A stretch of DNA of 64,000 bases, taken from Vulcanimicrobiales bacterium. Its GTDB lineage: Bacteria; Vulcanimicrobiota; Vulcanimicrobiia; Vulcanimicrobiales; Vulcanimicrobiaceae. The DNA is taken from assembly GCA_038231455.1 (NCBI GenBank), contig JBBRLI010000011.1:32001-96000 (forward strand). Reading direction: 5' to 3'. Positions 46,378 through 55,993 of this stretch are shown here, one piece after another (position 1 is the stretch's first letter; each line of letters begins with the position of its first letter). Under the pieces are notes generated by a model. That model was not told the DNA's origin. It saw only the letters and a list, made by a program, of their open reading frames with translations, and made no database searches. The position numbers and the translations under genes are program-made.

Positions 46378-47955
46378 ATGTTCGGCGCTCTCCCGTATCT
46401 CGAATGGCGGATCGCACGCAACCAATTCCGCGCCTTGCTGCGCAGTCCGTGGCGTCTCCTGGCCTGGGTTCTCTACGCGGCCTACCTCGGCGGGATGATC
46501 TATCTGCGCGCTCACCCACGTTCGCACGCCAGTCCCGCGCCATCGATGCTCTCACGGGAACTCGCGACAACGATCGCCGGCGTCGCACTTCTCATGACCG
46601 GCGCGACGATCTTGACCTCCACCGGGAACGGCGTTCGCATTTTTCGGTCGAAAGCGGACGCGCTACTGTTGCCGCGTGCGGGCGTGGGCGGACGCGATCT
46701 CGTGCTTTGGCTGCAGTTGCGTACGATCGTCGGACGCGCGTGGTACTTTGTTGGATTCGTTCTTTTCTATGTTGTTGGGATCGCGCCGAACGGTGCCTCG
46801 CAGCTCGGATGGACGACGCTGCTGACGGTTCTCGTATCGCTCTCGACGGCAACGCTCGGGCTCCCGATCTATCTTGCGTCCATCACCGGGTTGCGGACCG
46901 CGATACGCACCTTCGGCGGATGCACGCTAGCTGCGGGGTTCGTCTTCGCGATCGCCGTCGGCGCGCAGTGGCTTGCGCATCAGCACGCTCTCCCAGCGGC
47001 GGTGACGGCGACTGCAAACGCCTATCTTGCGCATGTCACGCTCGCACCGGGCGACGTGATTCGCGGCGCGCTCGGCGGTTCGCCGGCCTTGTATCTTGCG
47101 CTCGTCGCGGTCATCATCATCGCGACGCTCGCGGCCTATGCACTCGCGGCGGACGTCTATCCCGAATTGACCGAAGCTTCGTTTCGGTTGTTCGATGTGG
47201 TCGAGCGTGCGAGGCGCGGCGAGGCCAAAGTCGCGCGCGCGACGACCTCGACGCGCGTTCCCGCTGGCGCCGCCATTCTGCTGTGGAAAAGCGCACTGGT
47301 TTTTTCGCGTTCACCGAGCGCCAAAATTCTGTTCGCGGTCAGCGTGCTCGTCGCGCTGATCCTGGGTACGCTGCTGGGTTTTGTGCTCCAGGATCCCGAT
47401 CCGCAAGGCTTGATCGTCACGGCGGGAATGCCGCTGCTTCTCTTGGCCGTCGTTGGATTTGCATCCACGTTCAGCCTCGCCGCCGACGTGAGCAAACCGT
47501 ACTGGTGGCTCACCGGAGGCTCGCTCTTCGAGCGCCTGGTCTATTGGACGATCGGCGAGACGCGTTACGCCGCTGCTGCCTTTGGGATCGGTGTCTTGAT
47601 CGAGACGATCGTGGGAGGTCTTGGTATCGTTGCGGCGCTCGCGACGATTTCTGCGTGTGCGCTGTGGTGGTCGACGTACGCCGTTGGAACGCTCGTCTTT
47701 ATCGTCCTGCCCGGGCAGATCGATCGACGCGGACCGGGTATGATGCTCCGCTTCATCACCGGGTGGATACCGCTCTTAATCTTGGTCGGATTCTACGGCG
47801 CCGCGTTCGCTCTCGGCCATAACGTCGCCATCGCCTTCGTGGTTATGACGTCTGCGGCGATCGCCATGGGGCTCGGGGCGCTGGCCCTTGCTGCAGAACG
47901 ACTCGCGTACGGCGGCGGCGCGACGTTCGCGCGTGCGGCTGCAGAACAGAGCTAG
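46378..47955 (+). CDS. Putative ABC exporter membrane subunit
   Basis: Polytopic 525-aa membrane protein directly after the ATPase; FRSKADALLL motif resembles the putative ABC_export family. Confidence 0.75.
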   Translation: MFGALPYLEWRIARNQFRALLRSPWRLLAWVLYAAYLGGMIYLRAHPRSHASPAPSMLSRELATTIAGVALLMTGATILTSTGNGVRIFRSKADALLLPRAGVGGRDLVLWLQLRTIVGRAWYFVGFVLFYVVGIAPNGASQLGWTTLLTVLVSLSTATLGLPIYLASITGLRTAIRTFGGCTLAAGFVFAIAVGAQWLAHQHALPAAVTATANAYLAHVTLAPGDVIRGALGGSPALYLALVAVIIIATLAAYALAADVYPELTEASFRLFDVVERARRGEAKVARATTSTRVPAGAAILLWKSALVFSRSPSAKILFAVSVLVALILGTLLGFVLQDPDPQGLIVTAGMPLLLLAVVGFASTFSLAADVSKPYWWLTGGSLFERLVYWTIGETRYAAAAFGIGVLIETIVGGLGIVAALATISACALWWSTYAVGTLVFIVLPGQIDRRGPGMMLRFITGWIPLLILVGFYGAAFALGHNVAIAFVVMTSAAIAMGLGALALAAERLAYGGGATFARAAAEQS

Positions 47956-49913
47956 CGGCGCTCGTCGATCGCGACGAGCGACTTCGGATTTTCGAGCGCG
48001 CTCAAATCACCAAGATCGGCGATTGCAAGATATCGGCCGCGCGCGACACGACGCATTACTTTGAGATTGCGTGTCTTCGGCAAATCGTCGACGAAGTAAA
48101 TCGCTTTTGGCCGCAGCGACTTCCCCATCATACGGTCGACGATCGCAAAGAGTTCCTTGCGTAGCTCGTCGCCTTCGCTCGCGCGATCTTTCGCAACAGC
48201 AAGCACGACGACAACGTCGCCTTTCACATCATCGGGGACGGCGATCGCCGCGGCTTCCTTGATTGAGACGTGCGAGACGACCGCACTCTCGAACTCGGCC
48301 GGACCGACGCGTTTTCCCGCGACGTTAATCGTATCGTCGCTGCGGCCGCGGATGAACCAGTAGTCGTGTGCGGGCGCCGACTCGATGATGCACCAGTCGC
48401 CATGCACCCACAGATTCGGAAAGCGTTCCCAATACGTTGCAAGATAGCGCGCGTCATCGCCGCCCCAGAAACTCTGCGTCATACCCGGCCACGGCTCGCG
48501 GATCACGAGTTCGCCGACTTCGCCGCGAACCGGTTTGCCCTGGGCATCGACGACATCGGCAACCATGCCGGGGATCGGCCCGTGAAACGAGTTCGGCACG
48601 AGGGGCATCGTGGGGAAGCAGCCGATGATACCGCCGCCGATCTCCGTACCGCCGGAATAATTGATGATCGGCGCGACGTCGCGGCCGACATGATGCGCGA
48701 ACCACTTCCACGGTTCGGTATTCCACGGCTCGCCCGAGCTTGCGAGAATCCGCAGCGCCGAGAGATCGTGCGCGTGCGGGTGCTCGTCACCGTGCGTCAT
48801 GAGCGAGCGGATTGCCGTCGGCGCGATGCCCAGGTGCGTCACGCGATGCTCCGCGCAAATCTTCCAAAGACGATCGGGGCCCGGATAGTCTGGAGTGCCT
48901 TCATACAGCACGATCGTTCCGCCGAGTCCGAGCGCACCGAGCACAAGAAACGGTCCCATCATCCAACCCATATCGGTGAACCACAGCATCCGATCGCCGG
49001 GCTTCATGTCCATACACAGATGTTGGTCGATCATCGTCTTGATCGGAAAACCGGCGTGCGCGTGAACGGCGCCTTTGGGTTTGCCGGTCGAACCGGATGT
49101 ATAGAGGAGCAGATACGGATCGGTCGCTGCCGTGCGTTCGTAGGTTGCCAGCGGCGTTGCCGCTGCGACCGTGCTCTCCCAATCGAGATCGCGTCCGGAT
49201 TGCATCGGAACGTCGAGCCCCGCGCGCTTGAAGACGAGCACGTGCTCGATGCTCGGCACGCTTGCGAGTGCTTCATCGGCAATGGACTTCGAGATCACGG
49301 GCTTGCCCCGGCGCAGCACACCGTCGACCGTTAAGAGTATCTTTGCGCGCGCATCGGCAAGCCGCGCCGAGAGTGCATCGGGACCATAGCCGGAGAATGC
49401 GGGAACGGCGATTGCACCGCAGTATCCGATTGCGAGTAGTCCGATTGCGGTTTCCGGAATCAGCGGCATAAAGATGCCAACCGTGTCACCTTTGCGCACG
49501 CCGAGGCCGCGCAATGCTCCGGCAAGACGGGCGACGGCATCGCGCAGTTCATCGAAGGTGTAGCGGCGGACGGCGCCGTCTTCGCCTTCCCAGACAAGCG
49601 CTTCGGCCGATCCGCGTCCCGCGGCGATATGGCGTTCGAGACAATTCGCCGGCGCATTAAACCCGGCGCCTGGAAACCAGCGGGCGAACGGCTTATCGCG
49701 CGAGAGGTCGACGACACTCGACCACGGCGAATCCCAGTGCAGACCCAGCGTCCGCACGATCTTCTCGTTGAAGCCGGTAAGATCGGAGGCGACGTACGCG
49801 AGCAGCGCGGCATAGTCGGGGACGCCGACGGACTTCATAAACGCCGTTAAATTCGCGCTTGCGATCTGGTCGCTTGTGGGATGCCAGGCGTAGTCGGATG
49901 CGGTCGTCGTCAT
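47952..49913 (-). CDS. Acetyl/acyl-CoA synthetase (AMP-forming)
   Basis: YTSGSTGKPKG, DMGWMMG, YEGTPDYP, SGGTEI, GRSDDTINVAGKR, LPKTR. Confidence 0.93.
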   Translation of the reverse strand: MTTTASDYAWHPTSDQIASANLTAFMKSVGVPDYAALLAYVASDLTGFNEKIVRTLGLHWDSPWSSVVDLSRDKPFARWFPGAGFNAPANCLERHIAAGRGSAEALVWEGEDGAVRRYTFDELRDAVARLAGALRGLGVRKGDTVGIFMPLIPETAIGLLAIGYCGAIAVPAFSGYGPDALSARLADARAKILLTVDGVLRRGKPVISKSIADEALASVPSIEHVLVFKRAGLDVPMQSGRDLDWESTVAAATPLATYERTAATDPYLLLYTSGSTGKPKGAVHAHAGFPIKTMIDQHLCMDMKPGDRMLWFTDMGWMMGPFLVLGALGLGGTIVLYEGTPDYPGPDRLWKICAEHRVTHLGIAPTAIRSLMTHGDEHPHAHDLSALRILASSGEPWNTEPWKWFAHHVGRDVAPIINYSGGTEIGGGIIGCFPTMPLVPNSFHGPIPGMVADVVDAQGKPVRGEVGELVIREPWPGMTQSFWGGDDARYLATYWERFPNLWVHGDWCIIESAPAHDYWFIRGRSDDTINVAGKRVGPAEFESAVVSHVSIKEAAAIAVPDDVKGDVVVVLAVAKDRASEGDELRKELFAIVDRMMGKSLRPKAIYFVDDLPKTRNLKVMRRVARGRYLAIADLGDLSALENPKSLVAIDERR

Positions 49914-49997
49914 AGCTCCAGGGGTTCATTCCCGGCGGTCGTGACCCTTGAGGGCAAACGACTCGGCGGAGCCTTGTGCGGGTATGGCTAATTGTAG

Positions 49998-51815
49998 ATG
50001 GACGTGATCGCAGCGAGTGACGAGAGCCTCCCCAAAGTCTCGCTCAGCCGCTCCCAACGGGTGCGGCTCATCCTCGTCGGGCTTTTCGTCGCCATTGTCG
50101 CTGCGCGCGTCACGCCGGACATCGTACGTATCTTTATTCCACTGGGTGTCTTCGGCTATGCGACCGACGCGAACGCGATCGTCGTCAAAGTTCCCGACCC
50201 CAAAACGCTCGTTGTAAAAATCCCCTACGTTCCGGCAAAACCCGCGGATCGGCTGCAGATCGGCGACCGCGTGCGGATCGACCGCATTACCCCGTTCGAC
50301 CGCAAACCGGGTATCGCGGGGACGGGGTACACACGCCAAAATTTCGATCGCAAACTGCCGATCGAACGCAAAGGCAAAGAGCGCTTCATCACGATGACGG
50401 CGTCACCCGAGCCCATCGCAAGCCGCCTCTTCACGCTCGCCCGCATTTTCATCTTTGTCGCATCGATCAGCCTCGGCGCGATCCTCTTCCTCATCAAACC
50501 GGGCTACGCAACCGGCGGTTTCTTCGCATTTTGCATCGGCGGCGAAGCGCCCACCACGTACTTCGATCAAATCTTCGATCCGTGGTACACCGAAGTACCG
50601 CAATGGATCGGTCATACGATTCAAGGCGGAGCGGGGGCCGCGCTGCTGCTCTTTGCCCTTGGACTCATCGATCACGACAACGTCCGCGAGCGGAGCTATG
50701 CAATCGCTGCAGCGAATGTCGGCCTCATCATGGGAACGCTCAACGCATACGTCTTTTGGGCGCTGCACTACGGGGCGCACCCAGCAGAAGTGTTCCAAAA
50801 CATTTTTACGAGCGCATCGACGCTCCTCACAATCGCAACGGCAGGCGTCTTACTCCTCGCGTATCTCCGAGCGAAAGGACGCCTGAAACGTGCCCGGTCC
50901 GCGTGGATCGGCGGCGCGTTTGCGGTCGCAGGCGCCGGGCATTTGATCTCGGTGCAGTTTTATCCGACGTATTTACCGTTCTGGGTCAACGGCGCGCTGG
51001 TGTCGCTAACGATCGTGCCGATCGTCGTCGTCTGGATCGCGGTCGTGCGCAGCCGCTTCTTCAACGTCGATTTCGTCGTCAGCAAAGCGATCGTGTACGT
51101 TGCAATCACCGCGGCCGTCATCGGCATCATCACGGTTTGCGAGGAAGTCCTCACCTATCTCTTTTACAACAACACCGACATCGCATACGGCTTCATCATC
51201 GTCATCTCGCTTGCAATCGGATCGTTTACCGGCAAGATCCGCATGATCGTCGACTCGTTCGTCGATAAGTTCATCTTTCGTGACCGGCACGCCCAACAGA
51301 AGGCGCTCGAGCTAATCGCCGGCTACATCCTCGATGCCGAAACCGTCGAAGACGTCTATCGCGCGCTTTTACAAGACGCTGCTCACGCACTCAAACTCAC
51401 CTTCGGCGGCATTCTGGCGCGCCAGAGCGACGGCAGCTACCGGCTCAGCCAAAGTCACGCCTGGCCCGACGATTGCGAAGTCATGCTCGGAGCGGGCGAC
51501 GCGCTGACCCTGGCAATCGCGCGCACGCGCGGCGTTTTGAGTTTCAGCGGCAAGGAAACCTCGCTCATTCGCGATGCCTTTCCGAACGAACGGCTCACGT
51601 TCGCTGCGCCCATCTTCTTCGATCGCTCGGTCGCCGCGATCGTGGTTTACGGACACAACATCAGCGGCTTAGATCTCGATCCGCAAGAGCGTGCGCTACT
51701 CGTGCGCGTCGTCGCGCATGCCTCAATCGCGCTCAACTCGATCGAACTCGCACGTTATCGCAAGCTCCATTCCGATACGGCCGAGCCGCTCGAACTACCG
51801 ATGGTCTCCGGCTAG
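49998..51815 (+). CDS. Multi-pass membrane protein with PDZ-like loop and C-terminal GAF-like domain
   Basis: PADRLQIGDRV extracellular motif, about 9 TM segments, VDKFIFR, then a GAF-like region (AAPI...VYGH...LDPQERALL); no output domain. Confidence 0.7.
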   Translation: MDVIAASDESLPKVSLSRSQRVRLILVGLFVAIVAARVTPDIVRIFIPLGVFGYATDANAIVVKVPDPKTLVVKIPYVPAKPADRLQIGDRVRIDRITPFDRKPGIAGTGYTRQNFDRKLPIERKGKERFITMTASPEPIASRLFTLARIFIFVASISLGAILFLIKPGYATGGFFAFCIGGEAPTTYFDQIFDPWYTEVPQWIGHTIQGGAGAALLLFALGLIDHDNVRERSYAIAAANVGLIMGTLNAYVFWALHYGAHPAEVFQNIFTSASTLLTIATAGVLLLAYLRAKGRLKRARSAWIGGAFAVAGAGHLISVQFYPTYLPFWVNGALVSLTIVPIVVVWIAVVRSRFFNVDFVVSKAIVYVAITAAVIGIITVCEEVLTYLFYNNTDIAYGFIIVISLAIGSFTGKIRMIVDSFVDKFIFRDRHAQQKALELIAGYILDAETVEDVYRALLQDAAHALKLTFGGILARQSDGSYRLSQSHAWPDDCEVMLGAGDALTLAIARTRGVLSFSGKETSLIRDAFPNERLTFAAPIFFDRSVAAIVVYGHNISGLDLDPQERALLVRVVAHASIALNSIELARYRKLHSDTAEPLELPMVSG

Positions 51816-52615
51816 TGCCCGACGCCCTGGTAGCGGTTAAGACCGAAACGCCAGAACGTGTACGCGGCCACCACGAAGGCAATTCCGATCAGCGGCGTCA
51901 GTAGGCCGACGGCGGGCGGCAAAAAGAGCCCGGCTTCCGTCTTTTGCAAAAAGAACGTGGCCGGGAAATAATTCATGAACGCAAACGGAAACACGAACGA
52001 GAGGATCAGGCGCACGCCGCGCGAGTAGATACTGATCGGATAGCGCGTGAACTCTTGTTCGAGTTCGAGGACGATCCAGCGCAACGTATCGACGCGAATG
52101 AACCAAAATGCCGCCGTCGAGATGATGAGGCTAATCGCAAGATCGATCAGCGCGCCGCCGAGCATGATCAGCGGCACCATCACGATGAACAGCCAGCCGA
52201 CGTGCACGCCAGCAAGCCACGTCGCGCCGATGAAATATGAGATCGCTAGCAAGAGTTCGTCGGGGAAAATCTGCCCGGGCATCGTGATCGCCTGGAAGAG
52301 CGCATCGAGCGGACGCACGAGAAGCCGGTCGAATTCACCGTCGCGGATGTGCTCTGGGATGTCGCCGATCGCCGAGAAAAACGTGTTATTGATCGCATGG
52401 CTTACCATCCACAGGCCGTAGAGGAACGCCATGTCTTTGAAGTTCCAGCCGTTCATCGAAGGAAAGCTGTGCAGCACGACCCACAGCGCGAAGATCGCCG
52501 AACCGTGATAGATAAACGTGAAGGCGAACCACATGATAAAATTCGCCCGATATTCGAGCGTCGTTAAGATGTTGATCCGCCAGTAGACGCGGTAGACTTC
52601 GAGCATCGCCGCCAC
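51812..52615 (-). CDS. ABC-2 family permease (DUF990-like)
   Basis: LEYRANF, GEFDRLLVRP, YPISIY, YQGVGH C-terminus. Confidence 0.9.
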   Translation of the reverse strand: MAAMLEVYRVYWRINILTTLEYRANFIMWFAFTFIYHGSAIFALWVVLHSFPSMNGWNFKDMAFLYGLWMVSHAINNTFFSAIGDIPEHIRDGEFDRLLVRPLDALFQAITMPGQIFPDELLLAISYFIGATWLAGVHVGWLFIVMVPLIMLGGALIDLAISLIISTAAFWFIRVDTLRWIVLELEQEFTRYPISIYSRGVRLILSFVFPFAFMNYFPATFFLQKTEAGLFLPPAVGLLTPLIGIAFVVAAYTFWRFGLNRYQGVGH

Positions 52616-52618
52616 GTG

Positions 52619-53431
52619 CTACCCGCCCTGGACGATCACGCGCTTCGAGCCCGCGCGCCAGACGAACGTTGCGATGACCGCCAGAATCGCAAGCCACATC
52701 ACCTGGAGACCCATCACTTCGAGGTAGCGGTCCGGTTTGATGATTCCGACGTAGATCAGCAGCGGCGTCGAGAACATTGCCGCAAAGGGCAGGGCGAAAA
52801 TAAACTTTTGAAATGCCAGCGGGAAGAGCACCAGCGGTACGATTTGGCCGCCTAAGAGATCGGTGACCCACGTGAGGATCAGTTGTGCGGCGTGAATTTC
52901 AAGCGTCCAAAATGCAATGCAGTTGAGAATGAAGTTGATGAAAAACCCGACCATGTAGCCGAGGAAAAAACTTACGAAGAATGCGAGCAGCACCCCGGCT
53001 GATGGCACGTCGACATGGACGAACAAGAGCGCGAGGATCAGTGAGGGTACGATCAATGCGGCATGAAAGAGAACTTCGCCCGTCCCGTCGCTGAAGAGGT
53101 ACAGCGGTACGCTGATCGGTTTCATGAAGTCCGTGGCGATGCTGCCGTCATGCAGTTTATCGTGCAGGATGCGCGTCTGGTCGATATCGAGCACGAGACC
53201 CATCAAGAGCGCGACGGTCGAATACGTGATGATCGCATGCAGCGGAAGTTCGCTCGGCGCGGCGTTGCGCGAGTAGAGCGCGACCCACACCATGCGTAAG
53301 AGGTAGACGCGTACGACGAACGAGCCGATCGCGGTGAAGACTTCGAAGCGGTAGGTCGATTCGCGAGCAATCGCTTTTTTCGCGAACTCGACGTACGGTT
53401 CGATGCGGAACGCGCGTGCGGCGAGACTCAC
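52619..53431 (-). CDS. ABC-2 family permease
   Basis: TYRF, DGSIATDFMKP, VPLVLFP, LPF, IVQGG C-terminus. Confidence 0.9.
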   Translation of the reverse strand: MSLAARAFRIEPYVEFAKKAIARESTYRFEVFTAIGSFVVRVYLLRMVWVALYSRNAAPSELPLHAIITYSTVALLMGLVLDIDQTRILHDKLHDGSIATDFMKPISVPLYLFSDGTGEVLFHAALIVPSLILALLFVHVDVPSAGVLLAFFVSFFLGYMVGFFINFILNCIAFWTLEIHAAQLILTWVTDLLGGQIVPLVLFPLAFQKFIFALPFAAMFSTPLLIYVGIIKPDRYLEVMGLQVMWLAILAVIATFVWRAGSKRVIVQGG

Positions 53432-54441
53432 GTAAGCGAGGGCGCTGCGCTAGCCGGCTGGGTGTATCCCTCAAGGTAGATGCGCCGCACGATCGATTCG
53501 ATATCCGGTTCGATGATCGCGACGTCCGTGATCGAGTAACGCTCGGTCACGCGGCGGATGAGGGCCTCGGCGCTCATCTTCGAGCGATCGAAACGCAGCT
53601 TAACGTTATTATGATCGCGGCTTTCAAGTTCCGCGCCTTCGATCGAGAAATCGGGATATGTTTCGGAGAGATTGACGACGAGCGTGCGGTGCGTGCCATA
53701 TTCGGTGCGGAGGCGTTCGAGCGAACCGTTGTAAATCACGGTGCCTTTATCGATCAGTACGATACGGCGGGAGAGCCGCTCGACGTCGGCAAGATCGTGC
53801 GTCGTGAGGATAACGGTCGTACCGCGGTCGCGATTGACCTCGGCGATGAATTCGCGAATCGCTTCTTTGGCGACGACGTCCAGGCCGATCGTCGGTTCAT
53901 CTAAGTACACGATCTTGGGATCGTGCAGCATCGCTGCGGCAAAGTCGCCGCGCATGCGTTCGCCTAGCGAAAGCTGACGCACGGGTGTATCCATGAATCG
54001 CTCGAGATCCAAGATATCGGAAAAGTGCTTGAGGTTCTGCTTGTAGCGGTCGCGCGGTACGCCGTAAATCGCGCGCAGCAGCTCGAATGATTCGCGCAGT
54101 GGCAGATCCCAGTACAGCTGACTGCGTTGTCCGAAGACGACGCCGATATTGTGCGCGTTTTCGCGCCGATGCGCGTGCGGCGTTATGCCGTTCACGGTGA
54201 TCGAGCCCGAACTCGGCACGAGGATGCCCGTGAGCATTTTGATCGTCGTCGACTTACCCGCGCCGTTGGGACCGATGTAGCCGATCACCTCACCCGCATC
54301 GAGCGAGAGATTGACGTTCTCGACGGCGATCTTCTCCTCGTACGTGCGGGAAAAGAGCGTCGAGAGCGCTCCCGCGATCCCGGGCTCTCGTTTGATCGAA
54401 CGAAAGACCTTCTTCAGATCGCGTGTTTCAATGATGGGCAT
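53428..54441 (-). CDS. ABC transporter ATP-binding protein
   Basis: GPNGAGKSTT, VFGQRSQLYWDLP, LSLGERMR, LDEPTIGLD; start MPIIET. Confidence 0.94.
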   Translation of the reverse strand: MPIIETRDLKKVFRSIKREPGIAGALSTLFSRTYEEKIAVENVNLSLDAGEVIGYIGPNGAGKSTTIKMLTGILVPSSGSITVNGITPHAHRRENAHNIGVVFGQRSQLYWDLPLRESFELLRAIYGVPRDRYKQNLKHFSDILDLERFMDTPVRQLSLGERMRGDFAAAMLHDPKIVYLDEPTIGLDVVAKEAIREFIAEVNRDRGTTVILTTHDLADVERLSRRIVLIDKGTVIYNGSLERLRTEYGTHRTLVVNLSETYPDFSIEGAELESRDHNNVKLRFDRSKMSAEALIRRVTERYSITDVAIIEPDIESIVRRIYLEGYTQPASAAPSLT

Positions 54442-54561
54442 CCTCGTATCGTTTCCACGAAATGCCGGACGAAGCATCCAGCGGCCAGGAGAGCCCTTAC
54501 CGGCGGAGCACGGGCCGGACGTTTTCTTAACGGAACATTAGAGGACTGAAAGCCAAATCGC

Positions 54562-54588
54562 GGAACTCGCCGGATACCAACACTCGTT
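54562..54588 (+). promoter_or_regulatory. Putative ECF-sigma promoter of the Lys-rich micropeptide
   Basis: GGAACT-N17-CGTT. Confidence 0.45.
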
Positions 54589-54652
54589 GTCGGTATGGAT
54601 GAGCGGTTCTTATGGACCGGTTGTATCTACAAAAATTAGGGGGTGATTTCAC

Positions 54653-54709
54653 ATGGCCGCCAAGAAAAAAGCAATGAAGAAGAAAGCAGCAAAGAAAGGA
54701 AAGAAGTAA
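54653..54709 (+). CDS. 18-aa lysine-rich micropeptide MAAKKKAMKKKAAKKGKK
   Basis: Below the ORF-track size cutoff. Extended SD AGGGGGTGAT just upstream of ATG; downstream terminator. Confidence 0.75.
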   Translation: MAAKKKAMKKKAAKKGKK

Positions 54710-54752
54710 CTTTCTTTCTTTCTATTCGATCAAGCAATAATTCGTAATTATT

Positions 54753-54781
54753 ACGCGGTCCCTCCGGGGGCCGCGTTTTTT
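54753..54781 (+). terminator. Intrinsic terminator
   Basis: ACGCGGTCCC-TCCG-GGGGCCGCGT followed by a T-run on the plus strand. Confidence 0.8.
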
Positions 54782-55187
54782 ATGCCCGCGCGGCCAGTTT
54801 GGCGAGGGACTCCGGCGCCGTCGAGGCGAGGCGCTCGGCCCGCTTCTGCACGAGCCACCCGGCCGCAAAACCGGACGTTTCGATCGTCTCTTGGATCCGC
54901 GTCCCCGTTCCCTCGGGGGCGAGCGTCCAGATTCGCCGCAGTTGCGCCGCCGGACCGAATTGCAGCCGGATGGCAAACCGCCGCTGCGACACCACGTCTT
55001 CGATCACGTAGGCGGTCTGCCGCCCGCGCGCCGGCTTGATCGTCAGGTACGCGCCGGGCGTCAGCGCCTCATCGACCCACATCCAAGCGACGTCGGCATT
55101 CCATTCACCCCAGCGCGGGCCGTCGATGAGCACGGTCCAGACCGCTAGCGGATCGGCAGAAGCCAGGGTCTCGTGGGTCCAGATCAT
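54780..55187 (-). CDS. SRPBCC (polyketide cyclase/START-like) family protein
   Basis: ASADPLAVW..L.D..RW.EWN; GTGTRI; terminal helix LAKLAARA. Confidence 0.8.
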   Translation of the reverse strand: MIWTHETLASADPLAVWTVLIDGPRWGEWNADVAWMWVDEALTPGAYLTIKPARGRQTAYVIEDVVSQRRFAIRLQFGPAAQLRRIWTLAPEGTGTRIQETIETSGFAAGWLVQKRAERLASTAPESLAKLAARA

Positions 55188-55993
55188 CCCGCGGAGACGG
55201 GCGCGTGGCCGAAGAGCGCCGGGATGAAATGCCCCGCGACGTACGAGATTCCAAAGACGACCGCGCCGAAGGCGACGAGTTCCGCACCTTTACTCCACGG
55301 ATTGCGGCCGGCAAGTCGGCCGGCGAAGATCCCGATCCCAAAGAGCGCGATGCCGCCGAGCACGACGCTCGCCGCAAGGGCCATGTCGTAGGCGATACCC
55401 GGGAAAAGATACGGCAACAACGGCACGACCGCTCCGGCGGCAAACGAGCCCGCCATGCCGAGCGCCGGACGAACGCCGCCGCCTTCGGCTTGGCGCGGAT
55501 CGATGCCGAATTCATCGCGCATCATTTCGTGCAGCCAGATATCCGGATTGGTCGCCAGGCGCCGCACGATCATCTGCGATTCTTCGACCGTAAAGCCTTT
55601 GAGGCGATAGTAAGCGACCTGCTCGGCAAATTCTTCGTCGGGATTGGCGAGCATCTCGGCGCGTTCCATGGCAATTGCCGCGCTGACGACCTCGCGTTCG
55701 GATTTCGACCCCAAATATTCGCCGACGCCCATCGAGACAGCACCGACGACGAGCGAGACGAGGCCCGTGAGCAGAATCGTCGAGCGATCCGGCTGCGCCG
55801 CCCCAACGCCCGTGACAATCCCAAGGGCCGTGAGCAGCCCGTCCTGCATTCCGAACACGATCTCGCGAATCGAGCGCGCTTTCTCCAAACGCCCGCGTTC
55901 GGGCGTATCGGGGACGCGCGGAACCCGGGCCGGCGCCGACTTTCCGTCGATGCCCAGAACCAGTCCGGTTTCTTGCGCGTGTTCGTCCATCAT
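55184..55993 (-). CDS. VIT1/CCC1 family metal (Fe/Mn) transporter
   Basis: REIVFGMQDGL, GAVSMGVGEYL, SFAAGAVVPLLPY; ATGA overlap with the upstream peptidase stop. Confidence 0.92.
   Translation of the reverse strand: MMDEHAQETGLVLGIDGKSAPARVPRVPDTPERGRLEKARSIREIVFGMQDGLLTALGIVTGVGAAQPDRSTILLTGLVSLVVGAVSMGVGEYLGSKSEREVVSAAIAMERAEMLANPDEEFAEQVAYYRLKGFTVEESQMIVRRLATNPDIWLHEMMRDEFGIDPRQAEGGGVRPALGMAGSFAAGAVVPLLPYLFPGIAYDMALAASVVLGGIALFGIGIFAGRLAGRNPWSKGAELVAFGAVVFGISYVAGHFIPALFGHAPVSAG

Noticed and set aside
45804-47822. 672-aa alternative-frame ORF
   Set aside because: Arg-rich off-frame shadow of the ABC ATPase and permease genes, expected in GC-rich DNA; no motifs.
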